64,000 nucleotides of DNA from the NCBI GenBank assembly GCA_964234715.1, contig OZ174280.1. One strand, given 5' to 3'. The position numbers were made by a program, and so were the translations under genes. The stretch is from Podarcis melisellensis. Lineage: Eukaryota. Under the pieces are notes generated by a model. The model had not been told where the DNA came from. It saw only the letters and a program-made list of their open reading frames with translations, and searched no databases. Positions 49,975-61,522 of this stretch are shown one piece after another (the first letter of the stretch is position 1; each line of letters begins with the position of its first letter).

Positions 49975-52900
49975 GTGTGTTACATTTTTATTTCCTTTAA
50001 TCTCAGCTTAATCGTGTATATTAACTGTGGCCACTGTCAACTGAACATTAAAATACTAGGGTGCATACCCAAGATGCTTTGCATTTATTAATAAGGAATA
50101 ATTCCAATCTGTAAGTTCTGATTTCTATCAATTAAAATTGTGTGGATTCACCGTTTGATACATATATATAAAGGGGTGGATAGGCAAGAGTAATTGGTAG
50201 TAAGTGATTTTAGACCTGTCTCCAATATTCCTTAACTATATCATGTGTGCGTCCTAGGTCTTACCTGATGTTAGAAAAACCAGCATGTAAACTGAGCCAC
50301 ACTATGGCGTATATGTAAGCTTTTGGGGTGTTCCTCATGTTCTTTGGATCTACATGATTTTTTTGTCTCCTGCACTTTCAGTTTTGCTGCTATACGAAGA
50401 CCACTAGAGTGCAAGCTGTGGCAAAATGCCAATTACTTTTACTTTTGAGGAAGCTCTAGCTCTGGATCTCCTGTATCAAGTAGAGGATTATACCAGAGTG
50501 TATACCGAGGGCAGTCTTCTGTATGAAGACCTTCTGGTTCAGATGTGTTTAATTATAAATAACCATTATAAAGGAGAGCAAAGGTCTTGAAGTTCTGCAT
50601 CAGTAGCAGCTGGAAACAGACTAAGCAGGCACACAAGACACCTAATCACAGTTTTGTGAGATTTTCATATAAAAATTGCATTTGTATTGAAATTGTGGTA
50701 ATTATTTCTAAATTTGCATTTTTGCATATAAATTAAAACATGCAGCTTATGGGCAAATCTGTTCTCCTCTATTGTGGTGGTGTATTTCATCCTTTTGGCA
50801 ATTCATAAGTTGCCACTAGACCAGGTGGTCTACAAGGCCCCCTCCAATTCTTTGATTCTGTATCAATTCTATATCAAACTGTAGATTTTAAGATTTCAGT
50901 GTCATTACATTATCCACCTGTGGATGGATCCATCAGCATACTCACACTCTAAAAACTGCAGTGTGCAACTTTTCCAGCAACTTGCTTCTTTTATTTATTT
51001 GTGACTGGCATCATTTGATGAACATGGTTAAAGCCAAGCCTTGGCTGGTGGATTTATTCTACACTTTTCTTTTTATAATAACCCTAAAATTCTGAGTGCC
51101 CATGAAGTAAGCCCATAATGCTGAGCTTATAGTTGCAACCCCACCAGTGATTGCTACCATATATCACAGCATTGCAAGTCAGTACGAAACAACCAACCCA
51201 GACTTCCTGTCCATGTACCCAAGGGCCACTCCACACCATGTGCCAGCAAAGCTGGGTTTGCTAAACAACAGGGAGCTGTAGGCAGCCCAGGTGTATGATG
51301 TGTCCTTTACATATAATAAAAATGCAAATGTTTCATCACTGCAGTTCATCTGGCCACAGACAGGTGGTGCTGTGAACTATAGTGTGAAAAAGGTGGTGGA
51401 TGGGTGGCCTAGGCAAGCTTCAGAGTGACAATCAGAACAGGTATAGCAGTTCCCCAGAAGCTTCCCTGCTCTGCTGGCTCCTCCACTTGCCAGCTGTGGG
51501 ATCCTTGCTCCCATGATCCAAAGCCCCATGCTAGCTGGTGCCACTCCAACTTGGGGATCTTCTGCTTCTGCTATGGCTGATTAGAAGCATGGTAAGGTCT
51601 GCTAGTCTGCTGCTGTTGCCACCAATTAAAATGAAGAGTTGGCCTGGATAAAGCAGCAGCAGATCTTCAGCCTGACCTGCTGCTACTTCTGGCCTCCTTC
51701 CTTTGCCTGCCAGGCCAACTCATCATCCCACCTGGCTGTGCCAGCAGCATGAGGCGGAAAGGGGAAGATCTTAGGAGAGCTCTTTGCTCGAGGACGGGCA
51801 CATGGTTTCCATCCAGTGGAAACTGCTTCTCCCAGCGTTGTTCCTGGAAGCTGCCCTTCACAGATGCTTTCCACCTTTGACATAGGAGATGGAATGCAGC
51901 TGTGCTTGGAGGCTATGAAAGCCCTTTGCAATCCTACCCTCTTTCCTTGTTGTACCTCTAACATCATGGGTGCAGAGGAGAAGGGGAGAGGATTACAAAG
52001 GGCTTTGTACATCAGAGGTGCAAAGAAGAGTGTGGGTGGCTCATAAAGTCTTTTCCCATCCTCCCCTTTTCATCCTCCAAGGTTGCAGCTTGAACGGAGG
52101 AATGCAGAGAATGAAGAATGCTGCCGCTGCTGCTGTAAAAAGCAAGAGAGAATCCTGCTGTTTAGAATACAGGCTTTTTTCTGTCTTTGCTCATCTCCAA
52201 CTCCCATTAGCCCCAACCAGCATGACCAGTGGTCAGGGATGATGGGATTTGTAGTCCATGTACATCAGAAAGGCTGTAGGTTCCCCATGCCTGAATCATT
52301 AGTTTATATATTAAAATATATGTTTGAGATGGGTTATATTAGAATTCTGAACCTATACTGGGTTGTCTAACTGATGTGGAAGATTATGCAGCAAAATGGC
52401 TATTCTAATCCCGTCATTTCAAATAAGTGCCTTTGTTTATTCACTCCTTTTATAGTTTAGTAACTCTAATTCGCCATCCTTCAGAAGTGATGGGTGTTCC
52501 TCTCCACCAGCAACCGAATAAATGTACCACATTAGTGAAAAATAAGACTGCTGCTACTACGACTACTGCATTACAGTTTACATGCCCACTGTTTAACCCA
52601 AATGTTGCTTCTCCTGTAACTGGAAATGCAAACCCTTCACAAACACAGGTTGGTATTTTTGAATTATTATTATTATTTAAATTGCAGCCGTTTGCTTTCA
52701 AAGCTTTATATTAGTCATAGTAAAACTTCTGAAGAGAATGCAGTAAACAAGAGAATTGTCAATCTGAGTTTTGAATTGTAAAGTTATCTGACACTTGCTT
52801 CATGTTATTTGGTGAAATAAATTAATTAGCATTGGCCATGATATGAAGAACCATTAGTCCAAGTAGACTTTAGACTTGTTTTTCTTGAGCAGAAAAAATG

Positions 52901-55900
52901 GCTTCTTATCTTTTCTTGAATTCATTTCAACTTTTCTGTCTTCATTCTTTAGCTTCTACTGTAAAGTTGTTCTTATAATCGTGACACTTATCTTGAGTTG
53001 TAATTTATTTTTTTATAACTCCCATTGCTCTTTTTCACTTTGATTTGTCAGTATTTGGAACAACCCTCTCTTCCCAAAATTGGAAATTTGCATCTTACAT
53101 CAACCTTTCTAGACTGAAAGCTATTCAAATGAACTATTTCTTTGCCGGTTTTTTAAAACCCATACCTTACTGTAATACTTTGTGAAGTTGGCAGTGGTAA
53201 TAGCCTAAGAATCATAAATGGTTATTTATATTAGGATGAGAGACAGAGCTAAAGTCTATATGCCAGGTTGTATTAGCAATGAGACACAAATTGTAAAGCA
53301 CTTTATTCATTGAACAGGGCTTTATAAATTTCAAAAATTATTGCAATGCCTAGCCTAGAGCTAATAGAACAAAAATATGAGGATCATCCAATATCTAGAG
53401 CCACATTATAACTATAAGGAATGTGGTCCAGGGTCTGATCAGCACAAGATTTACTTCTAGTGCAATGAAATTTCCCCCCTCACCCTATGAACCCCTAAAT
53501 CTGTTTTAGGTGTTCCCCCAACCTTCCACAGCAGTTTTAGAGATGGCATGGGGTGTGCTTTGGAGAGGAGAGGGAAGACTGTCACCTTGCACAGAGAGGA
53601 CAATGTAGTAGAATTCTGCCCCCAGTAAATGAAAGGGCCAATTGTAGTTAAAATTAATGACTTCATCACTAAAAGGGCAATCCTTACCATGCCTACTCAA
53701 AAGTAAGATCTATTTAATTCAGTGGTGCTTACTCCCAGGTAAGTGGGTTAGAATTTCATTAAAATTAACCATTTCATTACAATTAACCATTCCATGACTA
53801 GCAGCAAATCCAACCTCAAGATTGGAATAGGCAGTTCTTGGGCTGTCCTAGATGAGACTTTTCTGAGTATGTGGAGTCATTGGAGGGTGGAAGGAGAGGC
53901 ATAGCAGGAGCAGCACCAATGCAGCTTTAGGACTACAATGCCTGTATTGTTCAATAAAAGGGGAGGATGGCCAACATGATTTACAGTTGGCTTCATTTAA
54001 TACTGATATATACATTTTCTTTTAGAGCTCTGGAGCCTCTGTTCTGGAAACAGCCAAACATCAAGATCTTGGGTTACCTCGAGCTTTTTCTATTTGTTAC
54101 CAGCAGGAAATTGAGGCTACAAAACAGACTGTTGGTCCTAGAAATAAGGCGCTGCCTGAACATGTTTGGATTAAATTAGGAGGTAAACTGCTGAATTTTG
54201 ACTAAGTTTGTTGTCAAGTAATTCATTCTGATTTGTTGTTCAAGTAATTCATTCTGATTTCTTAAGTTAGCTTTTTTTCAGAGAAGAGTAATCAAAGTAT
54301 CATGCTTCTGTTTGATAATATGCCTTGCCAATCAGAAGGTTGGCGGTTTGAATCCCCACAACGGGGTGAGCTCCCATTGCTCGGTCCCTGCTCCTGCCAA
54401 CCTAGCAGTTTGAAAGCACATCAAAGTGCAAGTAGATAAATAGGTACCGCTCTGGTGGGAAGGTAAATGGCGTTTCCATGCACTGCTCTGGTTCACCAGA
54501 AGTGGCTTAGTCATGCTGGCCACATGACTCGGAAGCTGTACGCCGGCTCCCTCGGCCAGTAAAGCAAAATGAGCGCCGCAACCCCAGAGTCGGTCACGAC
54601 TGGACCTAATGGTCAGGGGTCCCTTTACCTTACCCTTTTAAGCTGTCTTGGAAGCTAGAAGGAAGCCCGTGTGACAATTATATTTTGCATGGGGTGGTTC
54701 TGAGGTTGAGTGAAATGGGGTTTTTAGTGCTATGCGTGCCCTTGGATGAAGTAACAGAACTGGAGGAAGTAACACAGAGCTCCAGAGAGAAACTGGCAAA
54801 CAAATCCTTGGGCAGCCTTTTCCTGCCTTTTCTGAGATCCAGCTGTGATGGCTCCAGATTCTAGACCTTTGAGGCTCTGAAGCAGAGAGCCTGGGGCCAA
54901 CCTATGTATGTACCTTCTCATGACACTTGCTCTGCTGCATTATATAGAAACGTTTCCACTGCCATGTTAAGCAAGTATAGCCATTAACTAAGGTCTTAGT
55001 TTACTAATCATAGGGATTAATTTAAACAGTGGGGTAAATTTTAATTAGCAGGAGTGCTAAGAGATAAAATGCCCACTTGTTTATCTTTAAGGTTACTTTG
55101 GTTCTAGTGTGGTAGTAAAATAGGGACCGACGATGACTGGCAGTGTTTGTTTATTTATTTAATTGCAAGGTCTCTCATATTTTCTTCAATAGCTGTACTG
55201 ATGTCTTTGCTAAGCTGCAATATTATTTAAGTGTTATTTACATGTAAAAAGCAACTAATTATTGATCCACCACAATTATTTTAGTGGTGGACAGCCTTAG
55301 AAGCAGGAAACCAAAGCTGAGCTTGATACAAGGTGAAATTTCAGTTCAACCATACAATTTACTTATGATAATAATAATAATTTATTTATATCCTGACCTC
55401 CCCAGCTGAAGACGGTCTCAGAGCGGCTAACAACAATAAAAGTAACACAGTTTACATAAAATCTCAATCAATTAATTGCAATGCGTTCTGAAATCAGTTC
55501 ATTCTAAAATCAATTCAAAACCAAATTAATGGCAACCATTGGGCTAGAGTTCTGTGAGGATTACCGAAGGAGGGGGTCAGACTGTGCCTTGGCCAAGTGG
55601 AACAGCTCTGTCTTGCAGGCCCTGTGGAAAGATGTCAAGTCCCGCAGGGCCCTAGTCTCTTGTGACAGAGCGTTCCACCAGATCGGGGCCACAGCCGAAA
55701 AAGTCCTGGCTCTGGTTGAGGCCAGCCTAACCTCCCTGTGGCCCGGAATCACCAATATGTTTTTATTTAAAGACCGTAAGGTCCTCCATGAGACATACCA
55801 GGAGAGGCGGTCCCGTAGGTATGAGGGTCCTAGGCTATATAGGGCTTTAAAGGTTAAAACCACCACCTTAAACCTGATCCTGTACTCCACCAGGAGCCAG

Positions 55901-58900
55901 TGCAACTGGTTTAGCACCGGGTGAATGTGATCCCGTGGCAAGGACCCCATAAGGAGTCTCTGCACCCACTGGAGTTTCTGGGTCAGTCTCAAGGGCAGCC
56001 CCACATAGAGTGAGTTACAATAATCAAGTCTGGAGGTGACTGTTGCGTGGATCACAGTGGCCAGGTCAGGGCGAGAGAGGTAAAGAAAAGAAAAATGGCA
56101 ACACATTTCTTTTTTCCTCTTGTTTTGCAAAGGAGATGCTATATGTAAGCAAACAATAAACAAAAGAAGTCGTAGTCGAATACATCCCTTGGACACCAGT
56201 GTGCAGCGCAAACCGCTTGGTGATATTCAGAATGTGTGTGATACCCAAAATGCTGGCCCAGCTCATAGCACTTGGCAAGCAACACAACCAACCCAGAGCA
56301 CACAAAGTGGAACTCAAGGTGGTACCTCTCAGCGTCGGGAGAGACATAACCGGATGGAAAGAGACAGAAGGTAATTGCTAGTGGTGGCCTCTGAAAAGAA
56401 CACCCTTTTGTGTTTGGTTCTTAAGTTATCAGGTCTATATGAATTTGTTTTAATGTTAATTTGGTGTTGATTTACATGACATTGATATACTGCCTTTCTG
56501 CCAGTGTACAATAGAACATATATTAAATAGTGGCTCATACTCCAGATACTGTACAAAAGGAGTGGGTGGAGTATGGAAAGGGAGGAGGAAAGTAACTAAA
56601 TTAAGATATTAGCTGTTATTTCTACTGTCTGAGGCAGTATGCCTCTGAATACCAGTTGCTAGAAGCTGCAGGAAAGGTGTTGCTGTTGCACTCAGTTCCT
56701 ACTTATGGGTTTCTCTCAGGCATCTGGTTGGCCACAGAGAGAACAGATGCTGGACCAGATGGGCCTGATCTAGGAGGCTTTATTTTATTTATAGATAGGT
56801 AGCCGTGTTGGTCTGCCATAGTCAAAACAAAAAAAAATCCTTCCAGTAGCACCTTAAAGACCAACTAAGTTAGTTCTTGGTATGAGCTTTCGTGTGCATG
56901 CACACTATCTGAAGAAGTGTGCATGCACACGAAAGCTCATACCAAGAACTAACTTAGTTGGTCTTTAAGGTGCTACTGGAAGGAATTTTTTTTGTTTTTA
57001 TTTTATTTATGTTCTTATGTGGCTTCAATCACAGTCAACTTTATAAATATTTGCAAAAATTTTAATACAAACCTTACAGGCTCGCGTCCTATAACCAGAA
57101 AACGTAGGATTGATTTTAAGAATCCTCATGTCAGTACACTTGTGGTCTTTGATTCAGCATTGCAGGGAGGAATAATGAGCATTTTGTAAGCCTGGGAAAC
57201 TTATATAACATGTGTGACTGATGCTTTGCCACTATCTTCATCAAATAAGTTTTTAAGTTGCTTCACCTAATTAATAAATGTTTTATGTTACCATTTCAAG
57301 CACTACTAGAACTCTCCATGTTGTATGCAATTCTAGGCGCAGAATCAGGATTTGTTGCGATGAACTTAATCTTCTGGTTCCATTTTGCACTTCGGATACC
57401 GACAAGGCAACAACTTTACAATGGACAACAGCATTTCTAAAATATATTCAGGAACGACATGGGGATTCTCTGAAAAAGGTCAGTAAGTTTCACAAAAATG
57501 CGCAGAACAAAATGCATTAAAGCAATAACCAAATGCCTCGTGGAATTATGATAGGTAGCTTGACCATTTACTTCAGTGGATACAGGAACACACATCTTCA
57601 GTGGCCTATCTTAAGCAGGATACAATCTCAGCCTCAGCCTTTAACTACCCGTTCATTTGAAAAATGAGGATAAAAATAATACTGTCATACATCACAAGAT
57701 TGTTGTATAGAAATCTAAACCTTATCTACCTATTATTAAATATTATTAGGGCATGCTCTCAACATTTTGGAACTACTACCGTATTTTTCGCACCATAGGA
57801 CGCACTTTTTCCCCTCCAAAAATGAAGGGGAAATGTGTGTGCGTCCTATGGTGCGAATGCAGGCTTTCGCTGAAGCCTGGAGAGTGAGAGGGGTCGGTGC
57901 GCACCGACCCCTCACGCTCTCCAGGCTTCGCGGACCTCTTCGCAAGGAGCAGGAGCACTCCGGCTCCTTGCGGAGAGTTGCCAGCATGCCGAAGCCTGCG
58001 CGCGCTGAGCTCAGCGCGCCCAGGCTTCGCGGACCTCTCCGCAAGGAGCCGGAGCGCTCCGGCTCCTTGTGGGGAGTTGCCAGCATGCCGAAGCCTGCGC
58101 GCGCTGAGCTCAGCGCGCCCAGGCTTCGCGGACCTCTCCGCAAGGAGCCGGAGCGCTCCGGCTCCTTGCGGGGAGTTGCCAGCATGCCGAAGCCTGCGCG
58201 CGCTGAGCTCAGCGCGCCCAGGCTTCGCGGACCTCTCCGCAAGGAGCCGGAGCGCTCCGGCTCCTTGCGGGGAGTTGCCAGCATGCCGAAGCCTGCGCGC
58301 GCTGAGCTCAGCGCGCCCAGGCTTCGCGGACCTCTCCGCAAGGAGCCGGAGCGCTCCGGCTCCTTGCGGGGAGTTGCCAGCATGCCGAAGCCTGCGCGCG
58401 CTGAGCTCAGCGCGCCCAGGCTTTGCGGACCTCTCCGCAAGGAGCCGGAGCACTCCGGCTCCTTGCGGGGAGTTGCCAGCATGCCGAAGCCTGCGCGCGC
58501 TGAGCTCAGCGCGCCCAGGCTTCGCGGACCTCTCCGCAAGGAGCCAGAGCGCTCCGGCTCCTTGCGGAGAGTTGCCAGCATGCCGAAGCCTGGGCGCGCT
58601 GAGCTCAGCGCGCCCAGGCTTCGCGGACCTCTCCACAAGCAGCGGGAGTGCTCCCACGGCTTGCAGAGAGCTGCCTGTTTGCGGGCTGGGGTCGGGGGAA
58701 GCTCGAGCTTCCCCCGCCCCAGCCCCGCGCCTGGGGGGGGAAAATAATTTTTTTCCCTTTATTTCCCCCCCAAAAAATGGGTGCGCCCTATGGTCCGGTG
58801 CGCCCTATGGTGCGAAAAATACGGTATATTGCAAGCAATACCCACCTAGTATTTTCACTTCAGTTGTCTCCCCCCAGGTTAAATAGCTCCATCTGGACAC

Positions 58901-59280
58901 CAGCTATTGTGCTGACAATAATGGAAGGGCAGCTTTTTATTTCTGGAGCTGCTCCACTCTGAAATAAAATAAATGGCAGCTCCTGTGCTGCAACTCTGCG
59001 TGTTTTGTTTTTTAAATACCTTCAAAAGTTTGCTAGGATAAGCTAAAAGTTGTTTAGTAACTTCTCTCCTTTAGGGATAGCTGTGTGCCCACACTTTTCC
59101 CAAGGTTTGCTCTTTCAAAAGTCCATATCGTAATTATTCTCTGTGTTTGGTTTTTAGGAATTTGAGACAGTGTTCTGTGGTAAAACAGGCAGAAGACTAA
59201 AGTTAACAAGATCCGATTCACTAGCAACGTGCTCAACACAGGAGATTACTCAGAATGGCACACCTATGGAGATAAAATAG
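49244..59280 (+). CDS. TCFL5: Transcription factor-like 5 (bHLH), complete CDS, 527 aa; join(49244..49974,52456..52648,54026..54182,56133..56370,57337..57478,59158..59280)
   Basis: Six phase-consistent exons (1584 nt). Motifs: LSFTTTDLSLVEMTEIEYTQLQHIL, CLGHIDFQELRMMLLSE, AVRVRLEDRFNSI, bHLH SQRRERHNRMERDRRRRIRICCDELNLLVPFC..TDKATTLQWTTAFLKYIQ, C-terminus PMEIK*. Confidence 0.96.
52456..52648 (+). CDS. TCFL5: TCFL5 exon
   Basis: tatag|T TTA GTA...ACA CAG|gttggt; LVTLIRHPSEVMGVPL..LVKNKTAATTTTALQF. Confidence 0.94.
54026..54182 (+). CDS. TCFL5: TCFL5 exon
   Basis: tttag|AGC TCT...TTA GGA G|gtaaac; SVLETAKHQDLGLPRAFSICYQQEIEATKQ..LPEHVWIKLG. Confidence 0.93.
54324..54640 (+). mobile_element. 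Sauria SINE, 5'-truncated
   Basis: B-box remnant ggtttgaatccc; core gccaacctagcagtttgaaagcac..gcaagtagataaataggtacc; tail ggggtccctttacctta. Confidence 0.88.
55368..56085 (-). mobile_element. L2 LINE, 5'-truncated (ORF2 C-terminus and 3' UTR)
   Basis: Open frame ATVIHATVTSRLDYCNSLYVGLP..HIHPVLNQLHWL..RIRFKVVVLTFKAL..FSAVAPIWWNAL; (TTA)n tail. Confidence 0.88.
56133..56370 (+). CDS. TCFL5: TCFL5 exon, start of basic region
   Basis: caaag|GA GAT...GAC AGA AG|gtaatt; LGDIQNV..SQRRERHNRMERDRR. Confidence 0.93.
56793..56996. mobile_element. Penelope-like retroelement remnant (inverted pair) nested in an older retroposon
   Basis: Perfect 69-bp inverted arms (56838-56906 / 56916-56984); 14-bp direct flanks TTTATTTTATTTAT; same family as 44667-44874. 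Confidence 0.75.
56906..56942 (+). ncRNA. Minimal type-I hammerhead ribozyme-like motif
   Basis: TAT-CTGAAGA-A-GTGTGCATGCACAC-GAAA-GC-TC-ATA: CUGANGA and GAAA cores, self-complementary stem II, palindromic AGCU stem III, 3-bp stem I. Confidence 0.6.
57337..57478 (+). CDS. TCFL5: TCFL5 exon, HLH
   Basis: tctag|G CGC AGA...AAA AAG|gtcagt; RIRICCDELNLLVPFCTSDTDKATTLQWTTAFLKYIQERHGDSLKK. Confidence 0.96.
57779..58824. mobile_element. Non-autonomous Tc1/mariner-superfamily element carrying an internal minisatellite
   Basis: TA TSD; perfect 21-bp TIR CCGTATTTTTCGCACCATAGG / CCTATGGTGCGAAAAATACGG. Confidence 0.9.
57921..58660. repeat. GC-rich tandem array, 99-bp unit, 7 full copies plus a partial copy
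   Basis: ccaggcttcgcggacc recurs at 57921, 58020 ... 58614; near-identical units. Confidence 0.95.
59158..59280 (+). CDS. TCFL5: TCFL5 last coding exon
   Basis: tttag|GAA TTT...ATA AAA TAG; EFETVFCGKTGRRLKLTRSDSLATC..PMEIK*. Confidence 0.95.
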   Translation, partial: EFETVFCGKTGRRLKLTRSDSLATCSTQEITQNGTPMEIK

Positions 59281-60215
59281 TTGGCTCTCTATAGTCAAAA
59301 ACTGGTGTAAAGGGTGAACATGCAAGGATTTGTATGAACTTCTAATTGAAATTCACCTGCTGAACTTCTCATGTGACTTAATGTACTTTGAAAAATACGT
59401 AAGTGTTAAAGAAATGACACACTTTATTCCAAACAAAGAAGAAAAGCAAGACACCAACAACATTTATTTATTAATGCTGCCCTAAGAAAAGTGTTGCACC
59501 AGAGGGAAGTAGAAAACAGCAGTACAAGCTAGTAACCCATTTTCTATATTTTTGTTTGTTTGTTTGCCAAGTATAATATAATTCAGATGTGTCAAACAGC
59601 AGCTTGTTCTTTTCAACCTTGTACGCACTTGTACTGATATAGATAATTATTAGACTGTCGTAACAACCAGTTTGGAAGAAGAAGAAATGTAACTAGTTTA
59701 TAAATTATATAAAATATAGTAACTTGTATATAGTAACTGAGATTTACCTTCCATTTCAAAATGTTCATACCTGTGAAACTAAAGTATATAGAAAAAGCTT
59801 TTTGACAGTGTGTTATAAATACACTACTATTTAAAATATATTTTGCATTCTCCAACGATTTTTAGTGCAGGATACAGTAAAGGAATTATCTGCTGCACAA
59901 ATACCCACTGAAATGAACTGGAGAAATACAGCTTTGTGCTCTGGTGCAAATCTGATTTATTTCAATTGGGCTTCCATACGGAAAAAAAAATCCAGATAAT
60001 TGCATGATTTCAGTGCAAAAGTGGTATTTTGTAAACAGTACATGATTTTTAAGTGCACATAATGTTTTCTTTTTTAAAAAAGACTAGTATTAGCAGTATG
60101 TGTTAGGAAAGCTGAAGCATTTGAGAAATAGTATATTTATTGAATTGAAAGTGGCTTCATTTATCTATCAAACAGATGATGCCAGTAAGTATTTCTTATA
60201 CAGAACTCATCCCAA

Positions 60216-60221
60216 AATAAA
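60216..60221 (+). terminator. Probable TCFL5 polyadenylation signal
   Basis: AATAAA about 940 nt after the stop; a second AATAAA at 60286. Confidence 0.55.
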
Positions 60222-60260
60222 TACTGTTTAAATCACGGATATTCACATTTATGTAGCACC

Positions 60261-60266
60261 TTTATT
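60261..60266 (-). terminator. Probable COL9A3 polyadenylation signal
   Basis: TTTATT on + (AATAAA on -) about 1.08 kb after the COL9A3 stop; an alternative at 60136. Confidence 0.5.
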
Positions 60267-61346
60267 TCCAATCAGCAAGGGGAAAAATAAAAGTATTAAC
60301 AAAACAAGCCTATTATAAAACAGGCAAACACAATGTTACAAAAAAAGTGATTTTTTTTCCTTTAAAAAAATTACAATAATGCATATACTAATTTTGGGCA
60401 GTGTTCATCTATAATGTAAAATGTCATTACTAAATATAATATGGAAATGTTTGAAATTAACCCAATGTAAGAGAGATATACATTCTACCTCATATGGAAT
60501 TTATTGGAAAAAATTTACTTGTGGCACATATCTAAGAGATAAGGCCATTTGGCAAGCTCTGTGTACCGCAACACATTTGTGGTTCCTTTTTTGCAGAGAC
60601 TGTTCTCTGTGCTGCTGGAACAAACCACCCTTGAAAACTGGGAGGATCTTCAGAAGAGATGTCTGACACAGTATAGAGATCAGCCTTAGGAAAACTGTGG
60701 TGTGCGCATATAGAGGGGCTCTTTGGATTGTGTCCATCGTATGAACAATCAGGGTTGTCAATAGTTCTATCTGAATAACGTTTATTTAGCCCACTACTTC
60801 TATATTTACTTGACACTGTCCAACGAAGCATGCCTACTTAGCTGGATGGAGTTGTTCCTGGTCTCAAGTGATGAGGCTGTGTGTGCATAGCCCTGGCTAG
60901 ATAATTGTGCCTCTCGTTTATCTGACCAGGGTTAGCCCTCTGCAGCCCTGGCCTCAGCGCTCACACATAATAAGGTTGGAACAGAGTTTAGCATTAACGT
61001 AAACTGGTGCAGGTTCGAGCCATCCTAAAAATTGCATAAAACACAGTCCAGTAGATTTGTGGTGGTGCTGGGGGAAACCTCTTACATCAGAATAAGCGGG
61101 GAAGTCTCTCTTCAGTGGGGCAAGGAGCAAACAACAATGTAGTGAAAATTGGGGAACAATTGTAGGGGATATAGTACAAATTTCCATCTGATGATTTCCT
61201 GTTTCATTGAACTAAAAGTCTCCATTTCATTCATTGTTACAGGAGAACTGCCCCTCCAAATTTTTCAAAGGGTGGTTTCCTCTTCACGTATGAACAATTT
61301 GCTTAAATACTCCGTACCCTTTTTCTGACTTCCATTAAATGCAGTT

Positions 61347-61522
61347 TTATGACTTTTTGGATTTTCCTCCAGCAACAGCTCCCATGCAGGCAGATGTATC
61401 ACAGACTCCTGGAGTTCCTTGGACTCCAATTGCACCTGGTCTTCCAGGATCCCCTGGCAACCCAGGTTCACCAGGAGAGCCATCCCGGCCATCTTTGCTA
61501 GTCCCTGGGACACCCGGCGGAC
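61347..61522 (-). CDS. COL9A3: COL9A3 last coding exon
   Basis: gaaaag|GT CCG CCG GGT...TCA TAA; FACIT Cys motif CDTSAC. Confidence 0.95.

Noticed and set aside
54207-54260. About 26-bp tandem duplication just after a TCFL5 donor
   Set aside because: Ordinary slippage duplication with no evident consequence.
55529-56211. 216-aa minus-strand and 131-aa plus-strand ORFs as host genes
   Set aside because: L2 ORF2 remnant and its antisense shadow; the apparent N-terminus is antisense TCFL5 exon and intron.
57921-58660. CRISPR-like appearance (regular palindromic repeats)
   Set aside because: The intervening sequences are identical rather than unique spacers, there are no cas genes, and the context is a vertebrate intron.
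57736-58886. Four overlapping 293-329 aa ORFs
   Set aside because: By-product of a stop-free GC-rich 99-bp tandem repeat inside a MITE; no transposase or other domain.
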